Origin: Vicugna vicugna
Lineage: Eukaryota
Length of the DNA stretch: 64,000 nt
Reading direction: 5' to 3'
Assembly: GCA_013265495.1 (NCBI GenBank)
Contig: MU058844.1
Coordinates: 4,703,535 to 4,767,534 of the forward strand
Shown: positions 12,937 through 24,792 of the stretch, piece after piece
How positions within the stretch are numbered: position 1 is the first letter of the stretch
Layout of the letters: the number at the start of each line of letters is the position of its first letter
Position numbers and translations under genes: made by a program
Notes under the pieces: generated by a model
What the model was told of the DNA's origin: nothing
The model's input: the letters and a program-made list of their open reading frames with translations, nothing else
The model's database searches: none

Positions 12937-13348
12937 TGTTGGAGGAGCTCATTGAGAAGACATGACTGCTGATTAAAACTGGACCTGGTCAACTGAAGAC
13001 TGTTTACCCTTGCACCCCTGTCCTTGGAATGTGCATTCTGCCCATCATTCTAAGCTGGGGCCATTTCAAGGACACAATCTTGAAATAATTATGTGGTGTT
13101 GAGACTCAGCTGTATACGTGACTGAACCCCGTTAAGCCTTTATATAAACTTTTGGCATTCTGATGGGTGGATGTGGAGATATACTTGTCATGTGGCTGCC
13201 CAAGACAAGCATATGAAAGTTCCCTTGCTCATTAAACCTGCCACCTACTGATCTGTAATGGTATATCTCTTTTGTCAGTCTCTCCTTGCCCTCTGTATAT
13301 GAGGACCAATTTCAGATTTTACCCAGAAGCTCCTGTGTTTGCAAAACA
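12937..13348 (+). mobile_element. Probable solo ERV LTR, family unassigned
   Basis: TGTT...AACA termini, TATATAAA at 13141 and ATTAAA at 13231 in LTR order; no clean TSD. Confidence 0.6.
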
Positions 13349-13404
13349 AATGTTTCCCAGTGTTTTCCCTTAAATAGATTGTAAGCAAACCTGAACCTAT
13401 CATT

Positions 13405-16400
13405 GCTGGAGAATACATAATGTCATGTATCCACAGTTACAGTGTTACACAGAATAGTTCCATCATGCTAAAATTTTTTCCTGTGCTTCACTGTTTCAGA
13501 ATTCCCCACTTCCCTGTGAACTCCTGGGAAACTACTAGTACTTTTTACTATTGCTATAGTTTTACCTTTTTCAGAACATCACTTAATAAGAATCATAAAG
13601 TTGGTAGCCTTTTCAAACTGGCTTCTTCAATTTATCAATCTGTATTTAAAATGCATTCAATTGTTGAGTGGCTTGATAGCTCATTTCTTTTTACTGCTAA
13701 ATATTTCATTGTATGGTTGACTACAGGTTTTTTTTTTTTTTTTAATCTATTCACCTACTAAAGGACACTTTCACTGCTTCCAGTGTTTGGAAATTATTAG
13801 TAAGGCTCTTATAAACATTTACATTAAAGTTTTTCTGTAAGCTTGTTTTCAAATCACTTGAGTCAGTGACTAGCAGCACAATTATAATTACTGAATAGCA
13901 TGATAAGAAACTGAAAACTACCTTTCAAAGTGGCTAAGTCATTTTTCATTTCCACCACAAATAAATGAGAGTTCTTGTTGCTCCACATCCTAACATTTGG
14001 TATGTCAGTTTTTTTGTATTTTAACCATTTCAGTAGCTGTATTGGTATTCATTATAGTTTTAAATTTGCAATTCTCTAATTGGAAATGATGTTAAGCATC
14101 TTTTCATATGCTTGTTTACCATCTCTGTGTGTTTTTTTTTCAGTTATTTTACCCATTTAAAAATTGGATTGTTTGTATGCTCATTCTTGAGTTCCAAGAG
14201 TTATTGTATAATTTGGAGATAAGTACTTTGTCAGATATATATTTTGCAAATATTTTCTCCCAATCTGTGTCTTGTCTTTTCATTCTCTTAACAATGTCTT
14301 TCAAAAAACAGGAATTTTTAACTTTAATAAAATCCAACTTACCAGTTTTTTTTGTTGCATAGTTCTTAATTTTAGTGTTTCAAATAAAAATCATTACTGA
14401 ATAAAAGATTACTTAGATTTTCTTGTATATTTTCTCCTAGATGTTTTATAGACTTACATTTTACATTTAGGTCTTTGATCCTTTTTGAGTTAATTTTTTT
14501 GTAAGGTATGAGGTCTACCTCTAGGTTCATTTTTGTTCATATGTTGTGTAATAGTTGCAGCACCATTTGTTGCAAAGACTATTGTTCCTCCTTTGAATTA
14601 CCTTTGCTTCTTTTTCAAAGATTAGTTTATTGTATTTGTGTGAGGGTCTATTTCTGGGGTCCCCGTTCTATTCCATTGGTCTTTGTGTCTGTTCTTTTGC
14701 AAATACTATACTGTTCTTATTACCAGTTTTGTTTATTTATTGATTTTGTTGGTTATTCCTAGTCTTTAGTCTTTCTACATAAATTTTAGAATCAATTTGT
14801 TATCTATAAAATAGCTTGTTGAGATTTTCATTGGAGTTACTATAGATCATGTTGGAAAGAATTGATATTGATATTAATAATATTGAATCTTTTAATCTAG
14901 GAACACAGCATAGCTTTTCATTTATTTAGATCTTTGATCCATTCTATCAGAATTTTGTAGTTTTCTACATAGATATAGAATCTCTATGTTTTGTTAATAT
15001 TATACCTCAGTATTTTATTTCTTTTGGTGCTATTTAAATTATATATATATTTTTAAATTTTAAGTACCAATTTTTTATTACTAGTATATATGAAACCTAA
15101 TTGATTTTTTATATATTAACCTTGTATCCCTCAAGATTCCTTTCTCTGCTTGCTTAGTACCAGTAATTAGTACCAGTAATTGCAGATTCTTTGGAATTTT
15201 CTATTTAGACAATTATGTTATCTGCCAATAAAAAGTTTCTTCCCTCTCAATCTATGTAAGTTTTCTTTTCTTTTCTTATCTTATTGCAATAGCTAGGATA
15301 ATGTTGAATAGGAGTGTTGAGAGAGGACATATTAGCCTTGTTTCTTAATTTACAGGAAAAGTGTCCAGTTTCTCAGCATATAATATGATGTTAGCAATAC
15401 CTTCTTTGAAGATGTTCTTTGTCAAGTTGAGGACATTTCCTTCTCTTCCTAGTTTGCTGGTAGTTTTTCATGAATGGTTATTGGATTTTGTCAGAAACTT
15501 TTTTTCTATCTCAAATGATTTCATCAGATGATTTTTCCTTAATCTGTTGATATGATAATTACTTTAAGTACTTTAAAATATTGAACCAGCCTTTCACATT
15601 TATAATACATCCCATTAAGTTGTGATTCATAACGCTTTACACATTATTGGAATCAGTTTATTAACATTTTGATGACGACATTTGCATCTCTGTTCATGAG
15701 AACTATTGACATCTAATTTTCCTTTCTTGTAATGTCTTCTCTAGGTTTGATTTTAGAGCAGTGATGCCCTTAATTAGTGAGTTAGGAAGTATTCCCTCTA
15801 CTTTTATTTTTGCAAGATATTCTAGAGAACTGGATAGAGTGTTTGATAGAATTCACGAGTGAAACCTTCTGGGTCCGTGCTCTCTTTTGGAAGATTAATT
15901 ATTGATGGAATTTCTTTAATAAATATATGCCTATTCACATTATCTATTTCTCCTTGTATGAGTTATGGTAGTTTCTGTCTTAAGAAATTGATCCATTTCA
16001 CCTAAATGATCAAATTTGTGGGTATAGAGTTTTATGTAGTGTTTTGTTTTGTTTTACCCTTTTAATGTTCATGTGATCTGTAAGGATGACCCCTCTTTCA
16101 TTTTGATATTGGTAATCTATGTTTTTCTCTTTTTTTTTGAAGATTAGTCTGGTTAGACATCAACTTTATTGATCTTTTTAAAGAATCAGCATTTGATATT
16201 GTTGGTTTTCTATGATTAATTCTTTTTATTTCATTGATTTCTGTTTTATTTTTACTTCTTTTCTTCTGTTTTTTAAGGCTTAAATTGATCTTCTTTCTTT
16301 AGTGGAAACTTAGAATATTGAGTTTTAATATTTCTGCCTTTTAATACATACATTTAATTTTTTATATATAGCCTTCTAAGCACTGCTTTCATTACAGCTG

Positions 16401-16720
16401 TCAGATTTTGATACATTGTATTTTCATTTAGCTCAAAAATTTTTTCCAATTTATATGAGACTTTTTCTTTGACCCATGTGTTATTTTGTAGTATGTTTTT
16501 AAATCTCAAAATATTTGGGATTTTTCCAGCTATTTTCTGTCATTCATATCTAGTTTAATTTCATTGTGGTCTGAAAATATACTTTGTATCATTTATATTC
16601 TTTTAAACTTGATACATGTTTAGTGGCTTATGATGTCTTCTGTCTTTTTTTTGCATGTGATCTTAAAAATGTATTTTAACATTGTTGAACTGAATATTCT
16701 ATAAATGCCAATTAGAATTT
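13405..16720 (-). mobile_element. Old L1 (L1MC/L1MD-like): 3' UTR plus ~3 kb of decayed ORF2
   Basis: L1MC-type 3' UTR 'aatgtcatgtatccacagttacagtgttacacagaatagttcc'; ORF 14149-14337(-) 'MKRQDTDWEKIFAKYISDKVLISKLY' is L1 ORF2; continuous antisense L1 motifs. Confidence 0.9.
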
Positions 16721-16899
16721 ATAGTTTTCTAGTAATCCACCATCATAGTCTAAGATCTGTAACTCTTCTGCACAGCTGAAATCAGAGAACTGAATAGTGA
16801 TGTAACAGGAGACACCATATCTTCATCTCACAAGTCTTTGTTGTGGCTCTAAGCTCTTGTTTCTCAAGGAATGTGATATTGTACCTTATTGACTTTTTA

Positions 16900-17380
16900 A
16901 CAGGAAGAATTCCTGAAGGACTGAAGTGGAATTTTGGTCCTTCAGGGATCAAATCATTTTGAGCTAGGATCCAGTAATACCATACATTTCCTCCTCCAGT
17001 GTATAGTCCTTCCTATTATGTAGCTGCAGGTTTCTTTGGAGAAAACTAGAACAATGTTTTACAGTATATAATTTTCGTGGGAGATCCTACCTTCTTCTCA
17101 CTGCAGATACTCTTGAGTTTGTAAACTAGAGCAGGTCTTGGAATTGAGAGGTCATGACTCTATTGTTGTGACACATCAGGTCACTATTCTGAATGAAACC
17201 AATATAAGAGAAAAAATCATGACATTTTGGACATAGGCTGCATCTTGTAACATTGTTTACATCCCAAGATCCAGACTGGCTCAACAATTTTTGGCTAAGT
17301 GAGCCAATAAATTACTTTTATTTTTTATGCCCATTTTAATTTAGGTTGCTTTTTCTTGCATCTGAAAGAATCATTATACA
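16900..17380 (+). mobile_element. Old MLT1J/K-like LTR, 3' part
   Basis: Terminus 'gtgagccaataaatt...ttgcatctgaaagaatcattataca' matches old MLT1 3' ends; 5' boundary uncertain. Confidence 0.6.
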
Positions 17381-19194
17381 GGCCTCAAACTGAAATTCAC
17401 AAGTGCAGCTATTCCAAATGGCATGTGTTGATTTGCACTTGAGTTGTTTCTCACATGGACAATTAAATAGTTCATTCCTCCAGAATGTATAGCAGTTGAA
17501 ATTTATGTGCTCATGATGGTTAAAGTTCTTCCAAGCAACACTGTGCAGATTATTTGTATATAAGAAAAATGTTAGGGGAATTTGACTCCTTTTCCCTCAA
17601 ACCCTTCCTCTCTTACCACCCCTTTATGCCAAGAAAGCTCAGTTTAGTGATACAGCTGAAATCTTTATCGACTATTTCACCGAAAATATGTTAGTGGTGG
17701 GCATTTTAGTTGAAGAATAGCTACAATGGTCTTGAAGGGGAGGAGTGTTTCATCAGTTAGATTCTCAGTAAGGCAGAAATCACTTTTTTTTTTTTAAATC
17801 AATTTGCTTTGTTTACAAAAAGAGTAAACTTCTAAGAAGCATCCATAAAGACAGTTAAACTAAATTTTCTCCTTCCATGTGACTTCCATGCTATCTGGGA
17901 AATCTTTAAAAATGGTTCCACAAAAAGGCCTTCTTTGTACAGCTGTAATAGGAAAGAATTGATAGAATCTGATAATTTCCTTTTGTCCATAGCTCCTTAT
18001 ATGACCTTGTAAAGGAGTAAATATGTTGGAATAACGAGCCTGGATAAAATAAATAACCTGAGTATTTTGTTTGAGAAACGTTTCATACATAGTTGAAACA
18101 TAATCTCACAGAATCTTTTGTTATGGTCAAATTCTTCTATGAACAGTAATTCTGTTCAAGTATGTTATTGATAAGAGCCTGAGTCATTAAAGCCCATAAC
18201 ACTTCAGTTTGTATGCTCAGACACAATTCTTAAATTGCATTTATTATCTTTATAATAATGATTTTTATCATTTTTATGATATTGGATACAAATGTGCTAT
18301 TTGAATTTATTCTCTAAGCTACAATATAAAATGGCTACACCATTCATTGTTTAAAGATGTGGTTTCACATTTGTATTTAAGATAATCTTTAAGAAAACTC
18401 TCATATAATTCTTTGTCATTTACTTAAAAAAAAAACCTAATATTAATCCTTTAACTTTTTCACCTTAAAACAAGAGTCTTGTTCTTTGTTGAAATGCCTT
18501 TCTTCTTTGATAGAAATGTAATTTTGGTTTATCTACACTGACATTTGAATTTGTATGCATTCATTAAACATTCAGATTGTATAAATAATGCGATCTGTAT
18601 TTTAACAAAGGAAGCTTTCATGGATGAATAACTTCTTCACTTAGCATTATGACAGCTATTGAGGATTGGATATTTCTGCTTTAAAAAAAATACTGCCTGA
18701 GAAAGTCTTTACCAAAGGAAAGAATCAAATAGAATAACTTTTTTAAGAGTAGTTTTTAAATTTTTTTTGATCAAGTATATAAAATATATACCACATTTTA
18801 TAACTTCTCTGGGAAAGTAGGTTCATTAGAAATATATTGTATCCTTGACCAAAATATTGTTTTCTATAAATTTATCATATCTGCCTTCTTTACTCCTAGA
18901 CCAACTTCCTTCATGTTCAGAAAAGACCGTTGTCCTTCTGTCTTCTTAGTGGCATAGACTTGAACTTTTGTTGGTACAGTAATTCATGGTGCAGTTCTCC
19001 TGACCTTTCCTTTTGCAGTTCATTGTTCAACATGCTTAATCTACTTGTTTTCTTGACCAGTGACCATCACTGAACACATTTCTGCCTGGACCTGGGCATG
19101 TTGTGCAAAAACCTTTATTTATTTGTCACACTAGAGCACAAATGCACTATTTGAACCACTTCAACACATGAGAGAATACGTACGAGAGTACCTG

Positions 19195-19292
19195 TTAGAT
19201 TAAACTCTGTTTTATTGTTCGTGAAAGTCTAAAATCTAGCATAATACCTGTCACATAGTAGGCACACAATAAATACTTGCAAATTGAATGAG
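19195..19292 (+). mobile_element. L2 3' terminus
   Basis: 'tctagcataatacctgtcacatagtaggcacacaataaatacttgcaaattgaatga'. Confidence 0.7.
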
Positions 19293-19574
19293 AATAATGT
19301 TCTTTGTGTATAAAAAGAGAAAAACCAGGAGAAGCAACCATAGGATGTGCAGCAGCACTACATATAGAAAAGAATATGAGGGAAAAGAGAACTTAAAGAG
19401 GGAAATAAGAATAGGACCATAGAAAACAGTAAGGTGGATCCTACTACATGCTTAGACAAAGAAGTCAAGAATTAGCAAGAAAAGGTACAGCAATTAAGAG
19501 AAGATTTATTGAATAGCCAGGATGTGCTGGACATTTTGAAAATTCATGAATAGATGAATATTTTGAAAATATTG

Positions 19575-20160
19575 CATTCCTCATTAATTTAACATGTATT
19601 TATTACATACTAACTGTATATGCCAGACACTGCTTTGGGTCCGTGAGATCCATTACCAAGCAAAAAAAAAAAAGAGAAAGACTACTATCCTCATATAGCT
19701 CCAATTTAGCACATATTTTGATGATATGTAATAATCGTAATAAATAAATTACATACTACCGGAAAAGTGAAAAGTACTGTGGGGAAAAATAAAATTGTAA
19801 AACAGGATAAAGGGGACTAAGTGTATTGACAGTGTGACCTGGAAGGCATCACTGACAAGGTGAGGTCTGAAGAAAGAGGGATGGGCTGAGACTTAATTAA
19901 GTGTATGTTTGTAGTGGAAATAGTCAAAGCAAAGATCCTTAAAAAGGAGCTTTCCCGAGGTTTGTAAGTCACAGCAAGAAAACCATGAAAGCTGGAGCAG
20001 AGAGGGCAAGGAGAAAAGCAGCAAGAGATTAGTTCAGATTCAATGGTGAGATTCAAGGAGTAGAGAACAAATCATGAACATTGTAAGATATTTGGCTTCC
20101 ACTCTGAGAATGGAAAGCCAAGGTTAGAGGAGGAGTTTGTCTGTCATTTGTTTAAAAGAA
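19575..20160 (-). mobile_element. L2 3' fragment
   Basis: Antisense L2 terminus 'tttaacatgtatttatt...tatgccagacactg', then 'ggaaggcatcactgacaaggtgaggtctga'. Confidence 0.75.
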
Positions 20161-20200
20161 ATTATCTTATGCAGTCCTTACAAAATCCCTATAAAGCAAT

Positions 20201-20755
20201 GTTTCAGTCAAAGTTACTTTAGACGTAAGAAAACCAACTGAAATTGGATTTCACAATAAGGGTTTGTTTTTCTCCTGGAACAGGGGGAGTAGAGGCAGGT
20301 GGTTCCAAGGCTGGTTTAGTGAATTAATGACGCTTAGTTCTGTGAGCATCAATGTGTACTTGTTATTCTCCTCGTCTTCACATCATACATGGTGGTAAGG
20401 TGGTTGCTGTAACTCCAAGAATCACGTCTCGCACAACTGTCCACAGAGACAGGAAGAAAGAAAAGCTTCTCACTCTTGACTTTGCTCTCGCTCTCACTCT
20501 CTCACTCTCCTCTTTCTTTATCAGGGAGTGAAATCGTTTCCAGAAATCTCCAACATCTGTTCCATGAGATTCCTTTGAACAAAACTGGGTCATATCACAT
20601 TTCACACAGTAAACCAATTACTAACTGGTGGCTGGGAGTAGGATTTCATTAATCCAAAGATGCCATCTGGGATAGGACACCACCACTTGATATCTGAATA
20701 AAATCAAGAGTAAGTAGAAATGGCTGATGAGTAGGTGAGTGATAGTGTCTTTCAG
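20201..20755 (-). mobile_element. MLT1K-like MaLR LTR
   Basis: Blocks 'agaggcaggtggttccaaggctggttta', 'ggtggttgctgtaactccaagaatcac' and 'aactgggtcatatcaca'. Confidence 0.7.
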
Positions 20756-20764
20756 AAGCAGTAT

Positions 20765-20915
20765 ATTTTATTATCTGCATTAATAGATGAATAGAGGTTT
20801 AGAATCTTTGTAACTCTCCTAACATAATGCAGCTAGAAAGGACAGAGAAAGATTGAATCCCAAGGTCTATCTGGCTACAAAATCATGCTTCTTTTTTGTT
20901 AAGCCAGACTGGCTC
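20765..20915 (-). mobile_element. MIR SINE fragment
   Basis: Antisense MIR core ending 'cagctagaaaggacagag...gattgaatcccaaggtctatctggctacaaaatcatgcttctt'. Confidence 0.6.
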
Positions 20916-21109
20916 CTCCATGACTATGCCACATTGCTTTGGGGATTATTGTAGGAACACCTGTGTCCAGGTGGGAAATGCTATTAACTTACAATTGTTA
21001 CATGAAAGGTTTAATACTTACTGACAAGACAAGCATATCTTCGCTCTTTAAACAGAGTTCATGTATAAAGCCAAATACTGGCTAGATATTTGTGGGTAAG
21101 AAGAATCTC

Positions 21110-21470
21110 TCATAGCAGTCTAGTTGCAAACCACAGAACTCACTTTAGCTAGTTTAATCAGAAATAGAATTTAATAAAAAAAAATACTAGATTGCAGAAT
21201 CCACAGAGGCTGCACAATCAGAAACATTACTGAGGTCATTCCTGTAGGCTGCTGGCAAGCATAAACTCTTTGCTCCTGAGTCCAAGAAATAGGATGATCT
21301 CTAAACATCTCCACAAAGACATCTACCACTGCTCACTTTGGAATCTCTCACTGGACATGGCTTTCTGAACTTTGTTTTGTCTATTTACATCCTCCTAAAG
21401 GTGTGTCTTGTTTGCAGAGACATGCCCATGTCCTATGAGCTAAGGAAGCTGGGAAGCAGAATTTTCTGGA
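21110..21470 (-). mobile_element. Very old MLT1-type LTR
   Basis: 'agttgcaaaccacagaactcactttagctagtttaatcagaaa' and 'catgcccatgtcctatgagctaaggaagctgggaag'. Confidence 0.5.
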
Positions 21471-21474
21471 AGAA

Positions 21475-22072
21475 ATTGTGAAGTATTGATGTTATTTCGT
21501 CCTTTAATGTTTGGTAGAATTCATCAGTGAAACCATCTGGGCCACGTGGTTACTTTTTTTTGAAGTTTTAAAGTCACTAATTCAATTTCTTTAATAGGTA
21601 TAAGCCTATTCAGATGACTTATTCCACCTCATAGTTTGTATTTTTCAAGGAACTGGTCCATTTCATCTAAGCTACTGAACATTTTGATATAGAGTTGTTT
21701 TTAATTTTCCTTTACTATTATCCTTTTAATGTTTATGTAATTAGTAGTGATGACACCTGTTTTGTTTCTAATATCAGTGATTTGCATCTTCTTTTTTTTT
21801 TCAAGAAAAAAAAGATGTTTATCAGATTTGTTGATTTTTTCCAAAGAACCAACTTTTGATATTATTTTTTTTAAATTATACTTCTGTCTTCAGTTTTATT
21901 CATTTCTCCCCCCAAATTATCATTTATTTTCTTCTACTTACTTTAGGCTTAAATAGCTCTCCTTTCTCTTGTCTTCTTCAGTAGAAGCTAAGCTTATTAT
22001 TGATTTTAGCTCTTTGTTCTTTTCTAAAATATGCATTTAATGCTAGAAATTTCTCTCTATGCACTATTTTCA
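21475..22072 (-). mobile_element. Old L1 ORF2 fragment (second copy of the region also seen at ~15830-16450)
   Basis: 'gtttggtagaattcatcagtgaaaccatctgggcc' is the antisense of ORF2 GPDGFT.EFYQ; continues to the KAVLRGKF-equivalent block near 22050. Confidence 0.85.
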
Positions 22073-23258
22073 CAACATACCGATGGCATTTTTCACAGAA
22101 CTAGAACAAATAGTTTAAATTTTCATAGAAACGCAGAAGACCCCAAATAGTCAAAACAATCTTGAGAAAGAAGAACAGAGCTGGGGGAATTATGTGCCCT
22201 TACTTCAGACTAAGCTATACTACTAAGCTGCAGTAATCAAAACAGCATAGCACCAGCACAAAAACAGACACAAAGATCAATGAAACAGAATAGAAAGCCC
22301 AGAAATAAACCCACACACTACAGTCAATTAAACTGTGACAAAGAAGGTGAGAATAAACAAGAAAGAAGACAGTCTCTTTAATAAGCAGTGCTGGGAAAAC
22401 TGGACACCTACATGTGAAAGAATGAAATTAGGACATTCTTTAACACCATATTTAAAAATAAACTCAAAATTGATTAAACACCTAAATGTAAGAGCAGATA
22501 CTATAAAACTCCTAGAGGAAAACATAGACATAACACTCTTTGACAAAAATTGCAGCAATATTTTTTTGGATGAGTCTCCTAAAGCAAAGGAAATAAAAGA
22601 AAAGATAAACAAACAGGACCTAGTTAAACTTAAAAGCTTTTGCACAGCAAAGGAAACCACTGACAAAATGAAAAGACAACTTGCTGAATAGGAGAAGATA
22701 TTTGCAAATGATATGACCAATAATGGGTTAATAACAAACATATATAAAGAGCTCATACAACTCAACATCAAACAAACCAATAATAATCTGATTATAAAAT
22801 GGACAGAAGAACTGAATAGGCATTTTTCCAAAGAGGAAATACAGATAGCCAAATGGAACATGAAAAGATGCTCAACATCATTAATCATCAGGGAAATGGC
22901 AAATCAAAACCACAGTGAGATATCACCTACACCTGTCAGAATGGCTATCATCAAAAAGAACACAAATAACAAATGTTGTTGAGGATGTGGGGAAAACTCA
23001 TGTCGTACACTGTTGATGGAAATGTAAATTCATGCAGCCACTGTTGAAAACAGTATGGAAATTTCTCAGAAAATTGAAAACAGGACTACCGTATGACCTA
23101 GCAGTTCCACTCTGATATATAGCCAACAAAACAAAACAAAACACACTAATTCAAAGAAACACAGGCACCCCAATGTTCATAGCAGCATTGTTTGTAATTA
23201 CCAAGGTGTGGAAGCAACCTAAGTGTCCATCAACAGATAAATGGATAAAGAAGATGTG

Positions 23259-23313
<55 letters not shown>

Positions 23314-23690
23314 GGAATACTGCTCAGCCATAAAAAAGAAAGAAATGTTGTCATTTGCAACAACACAGATGGACTTGGAGGGCATAATGCTAGGTGAAAT
23401 AAGTCAGAGAAGACAAATACTGTATGATATCACTTGTATGTGGAATCTAAAAAAAAAGATAACAAACTAGTGAGTAAAACAAAAAAGAAGCAGACTCACA
23501 GATATAGAAAACAAACTAGTAGTTACCAGCGGGAAGGGGCAATGTAAGGGTAGAGAAAAAAAGGTTATTACGGGATTATATGAAATCATGTGTGGGAAAC
23601 TTAAACATTGTAAATTATTTATAGAATTTAAAGAATCCTTTATTCAATTAAAAATATTTTAAAAAATTAAAAGAAAATCAAGAAAGTAAA
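22073..23690 (+). mobile_element. Younger 5'-truncated L1 (ORF2 C-terminus, 3' UTR, decayed A tail); non-functional
   Basis: ORF-track peptides '[12 protein letters not shown]...[11 protein letters not shown]', 'LNRHFSKEEIQIA..MKRCSTSLIIREM' and 'MFIAALFVITKVWKQPKCPSTDKWIKKMWY' are L1 ORF2, broken by stops and frameshifts. Confidence 0.95.
23261..23310. repeat. Perfect (AC)25 microsatellite inside L1
   Basis: Direct read. Confidence 0.98.
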
Positions 23691-23899
23691 CTACAAATTT
23701 CCTGGTTTGTATTTTGTTTCATTTTGCTTTGTTTTTTTTCTCCTCACGTCCATACTGCTCAATATGTAATGAATAAGGTCACTTTGTGGTGAGTTCTCAT
23801 CTCACTGTTCTAAAATAATGGAATAAAAGGAGAATATTAAGTGTAAAAAATGAGGAAACTCTCTCTATATATAGTTTATATAGTTTTATACAAAACTAC

Positions 23900-24561
23900 T
23901 CACTATATTGATGTGCTCTTTGTGTGATGGTAAGATACGGAGGAAAAGAAGCAATCTCTAGTTTTACAGCTCAGTCTCATGCTTTTAGTTGTCCCATGTC
24001 CCCAGACTGGGACTTTCACAAGTGCTTTTTAATTTTTTTTCCCTATTAAAGTCTGTGACTAGAGTAGGAAAAATGCCCTTCCCTGAGCCATGAAGAGTCT
24101 GGTAATATCTTTTCCCTGGATTGTAGGTCTTTGTTACGTAGAAAACTCTGGGCATATTTCACAAAGGTCTAGAATGGGATCTTACTTAGATCTTCAATTG
24201 AGAAGTGGCGTTTGGAAGTAAATTTGATGAAGGTGAGACCTCCCCTAAGTCTAGTCTTCAGAACATTTTTGTGGTCGTTCTAGTCTATGTTCAGTTTCTA
24301 GCAATTCATTAAAATTACCATAAGGTTTTCCTACCAGTTTTTGGCTCCAGTGGCTTCTCTTCCAGGTTAACTGATCTCGGCTGTGTCTCAACAATTTTGC
24401 CCATATCTGCAGATTTTGATGTGATGGTTTACCCCACAGCATATATTCTCTAGTAGTCTAAAAATGGTCATTGATTTTTAGTTTGTTCAGCTTTTTCTCA
24501 TTGTAAGGGATGAAGTAGAGACTTCTGAACTCTTTACAAATCAGAGTTGAAACCGGAATCT
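23900..24561 (-). mobile_element. L1MC/L1MD-type 5' UTR (5' end of an old L1)
   Basis: Minus strand reads 'ttccggtttcaactctgatttgtaaagagttcagaagtc...cttacaatgagaaaaagctgaacaaactaaaaatcaatgac', matching the recalled L1MD/MC 5' end. Confidence 0.75.
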
Positions 24562-24742
24562 GAGAATCTGAATGTTGACTTTTGCCTTAGGGAACCATGA
24601 CTAATAACTTTGTAAATTCCAATGTTATAAGAATATAAAAATACAGGAAATTATAGGATAAATGAACCTAGGATGAATATTCAAAACATGAAAACATGTA
24701 GAGCTACCACAGATATCACAAATGTTTATTAGATCACACAAT

Positions 24743-24746
<4 letters not shown>

Positions 24747-24778
<32 letters not shown>

Positions 24779-24792
24779 AAAAAAAGAAAAAA
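24747..24792 (+). repeat. Poly(A) tract (A30 followed by GA-interrupted A runs)
   Basis: Direct read. Confidence 0.95.

Noticed and set aside
22328..22888. Longest ORF in the track (186 aa, minus strand, hydrophobic)
   Set aside because: It is the antisense reading of L1 ORF2, a common stop-poor artefact, not a gene.
21475..23690. Twin-priming 5' inversion of a single L1
   Set aside because: The two pieces are far apart in ORF2 coordinates, differ visibly in decay, and the minus piece seems to resume after the tail; nesting fits better.
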